NCBI RefSeq assembly: GCF_004010195.1
Contig: NC_057748.1
Span: 17,346,885 to 17,410,884 of the forward strand
DNA from: Chiloscyllium plagiosum
Lineage: Eukaryota
Direction: 5' to 3'
DNA: 64,000 nt
Below the pieces are notes generated by a model. The model saw nothing but the letters and a program-made list of their open reading frames with translations, did no database searches and had not been told where the DNA came from. A program made the translations under genes and the position numbers. Positions 62,900-64,000 of this stretch are shown here, one piece after another; the first letter of the stretch is position 1; each line of letters opens with the position of its first letter.

Positions 62900-63850
62900 C
62901 TAGCTATCAGCAACTCCACTTTAAAGGAGCTATGAACCTGCACTCCAAGGTCTCTTTGTTCAGCATCACTTCCCAGGACCTTATCATTAAGTGTGTAATC
63001 CTGCCCTGATTTGCCTTTCCAAAATGCAGCACCTCACATTTATCTAAATTAAGCTCCATCTGCCACTCCTCAGCCCACTGGCCCATCTGATCAAGATCCT
63101 GCTGTACTCTGAGGTAACCTTCTTCACTGTCTACTACACCTCCAATTTTGGTGGCATCTGCAAACTTACTAACTCCTATGTTCACATCCAAATCATATAT
63201 ATAAATGACAAAAGGCGGTGCGCCGAGCACCGATCATCGTGGCACACCACTGGTTACTGGCCTCCAATCTGAAAAGTAACCCTTCATCTCTGTCTTCTAC
63301 CTTTGAGCCGGTTCTGTATCCAAATGGTAGTTCTCCCTGTATTCCATGTGATCTAACTTTGCTAACCAGTCTCCCATGAGAAACCTTGTTAAATGCTTTA
63401 CTGAAGTCCATATAAATCAATTCCACCAATCTGCTGTCATCAATTCCCTTTGTTGTTATTTCAAGATACTCAATGAAGTTTGAGAGACACAATTTCTCAT
63501 GGACAAAGCCATGTTGACTATCCCAAATCAGTCCTTGCCTATCCAAATAGATGTAAATCCTGTCCCTCAGCATTCCCTCCAACAACTTGCCCACCAGCAA
63601 TGTCAGACTCACTAGTCTATAGTTCCCTGGCTTTTCCTTACCACCTTTCTTAAATAGTGGTACCGTGTTATCCAAACTCCAGTCTTCCAGCACCTCATCT
63701 GTGGCTATCGATGATCCAAATATCTCAGCAAGGAGCCCAGCAATCTCTTCCCTAGTTTCCCAAAGAGTTTTAGAATACACCTGATCTTACATAACAATTT
63801 ATCCACTTGTATGCATTTTAAGGCGTCCAGCATCACCACCACCTCTGTAG
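62900..63850 (-). mobile_element. CR1/HER1-type LINE RT fragment
   Basis: PLFKKGGKEKPGNYRLVSLT...SQHGF...YMDFSKAFNKV; KFADATKIGG. Confidence 0.9.
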
Positions 63851-64000
63851 AACAATGACCTAGTCTCGGTGCAGAGAGTGGCATTCTGAGATTTTCAATG
63901 GTATGAACGTAGCTTAGGTCTGGACTTCAGAATGATAAAGATCAGGTTCTGAAGCTTAAAGTCCGATGCAGATACATGTGAAATGATGCACTTTGGGAGG

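Overview
Vertebrate genomic DNA, very likely a shark or other elasmobranch, judged by the abundant HE1/V-SINE-type tRNA-derived SINEs and CR1/HER1-type LINE fragments. It is a draft scaffold with six N gaps. Three plus-strand genes lie in the same order as human 22q13.2. DESI1 is complete (6 coding exons, 4036-18136, 166 aa) with a probable ~7 kb 3'UTR. PMM1 shows exons 1-5 (27158-39381); exons 6-8 were not found and probably lie in the 500-N gap. POLR3H/RPC8 shows its first coding exon (61100-61210). Most of the remainder is transposon-derived. Main points of interest: (1) a decayed Gmr1-type LTR retrotransposon (44903-51495, minus) with PR-IN-RT-RH order, both LTRs, PBS, PPT and a 4-bp TSD, nested in a LINE and carrying two Tigger-like insertions; (2) several families of short, often palindromic, Penelope-related insertions carrying minimal hammerhead-ribozyme cores with covarying stem II; (3) candidate regulatory structures: a GC-box minisatellite, an orphan CCAAT cluster, and three tiny uORFs before PMM1. 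All family assignments are from recognition of motifs, not database searches, and repeat boundaries are approximate unless a TSD is given.
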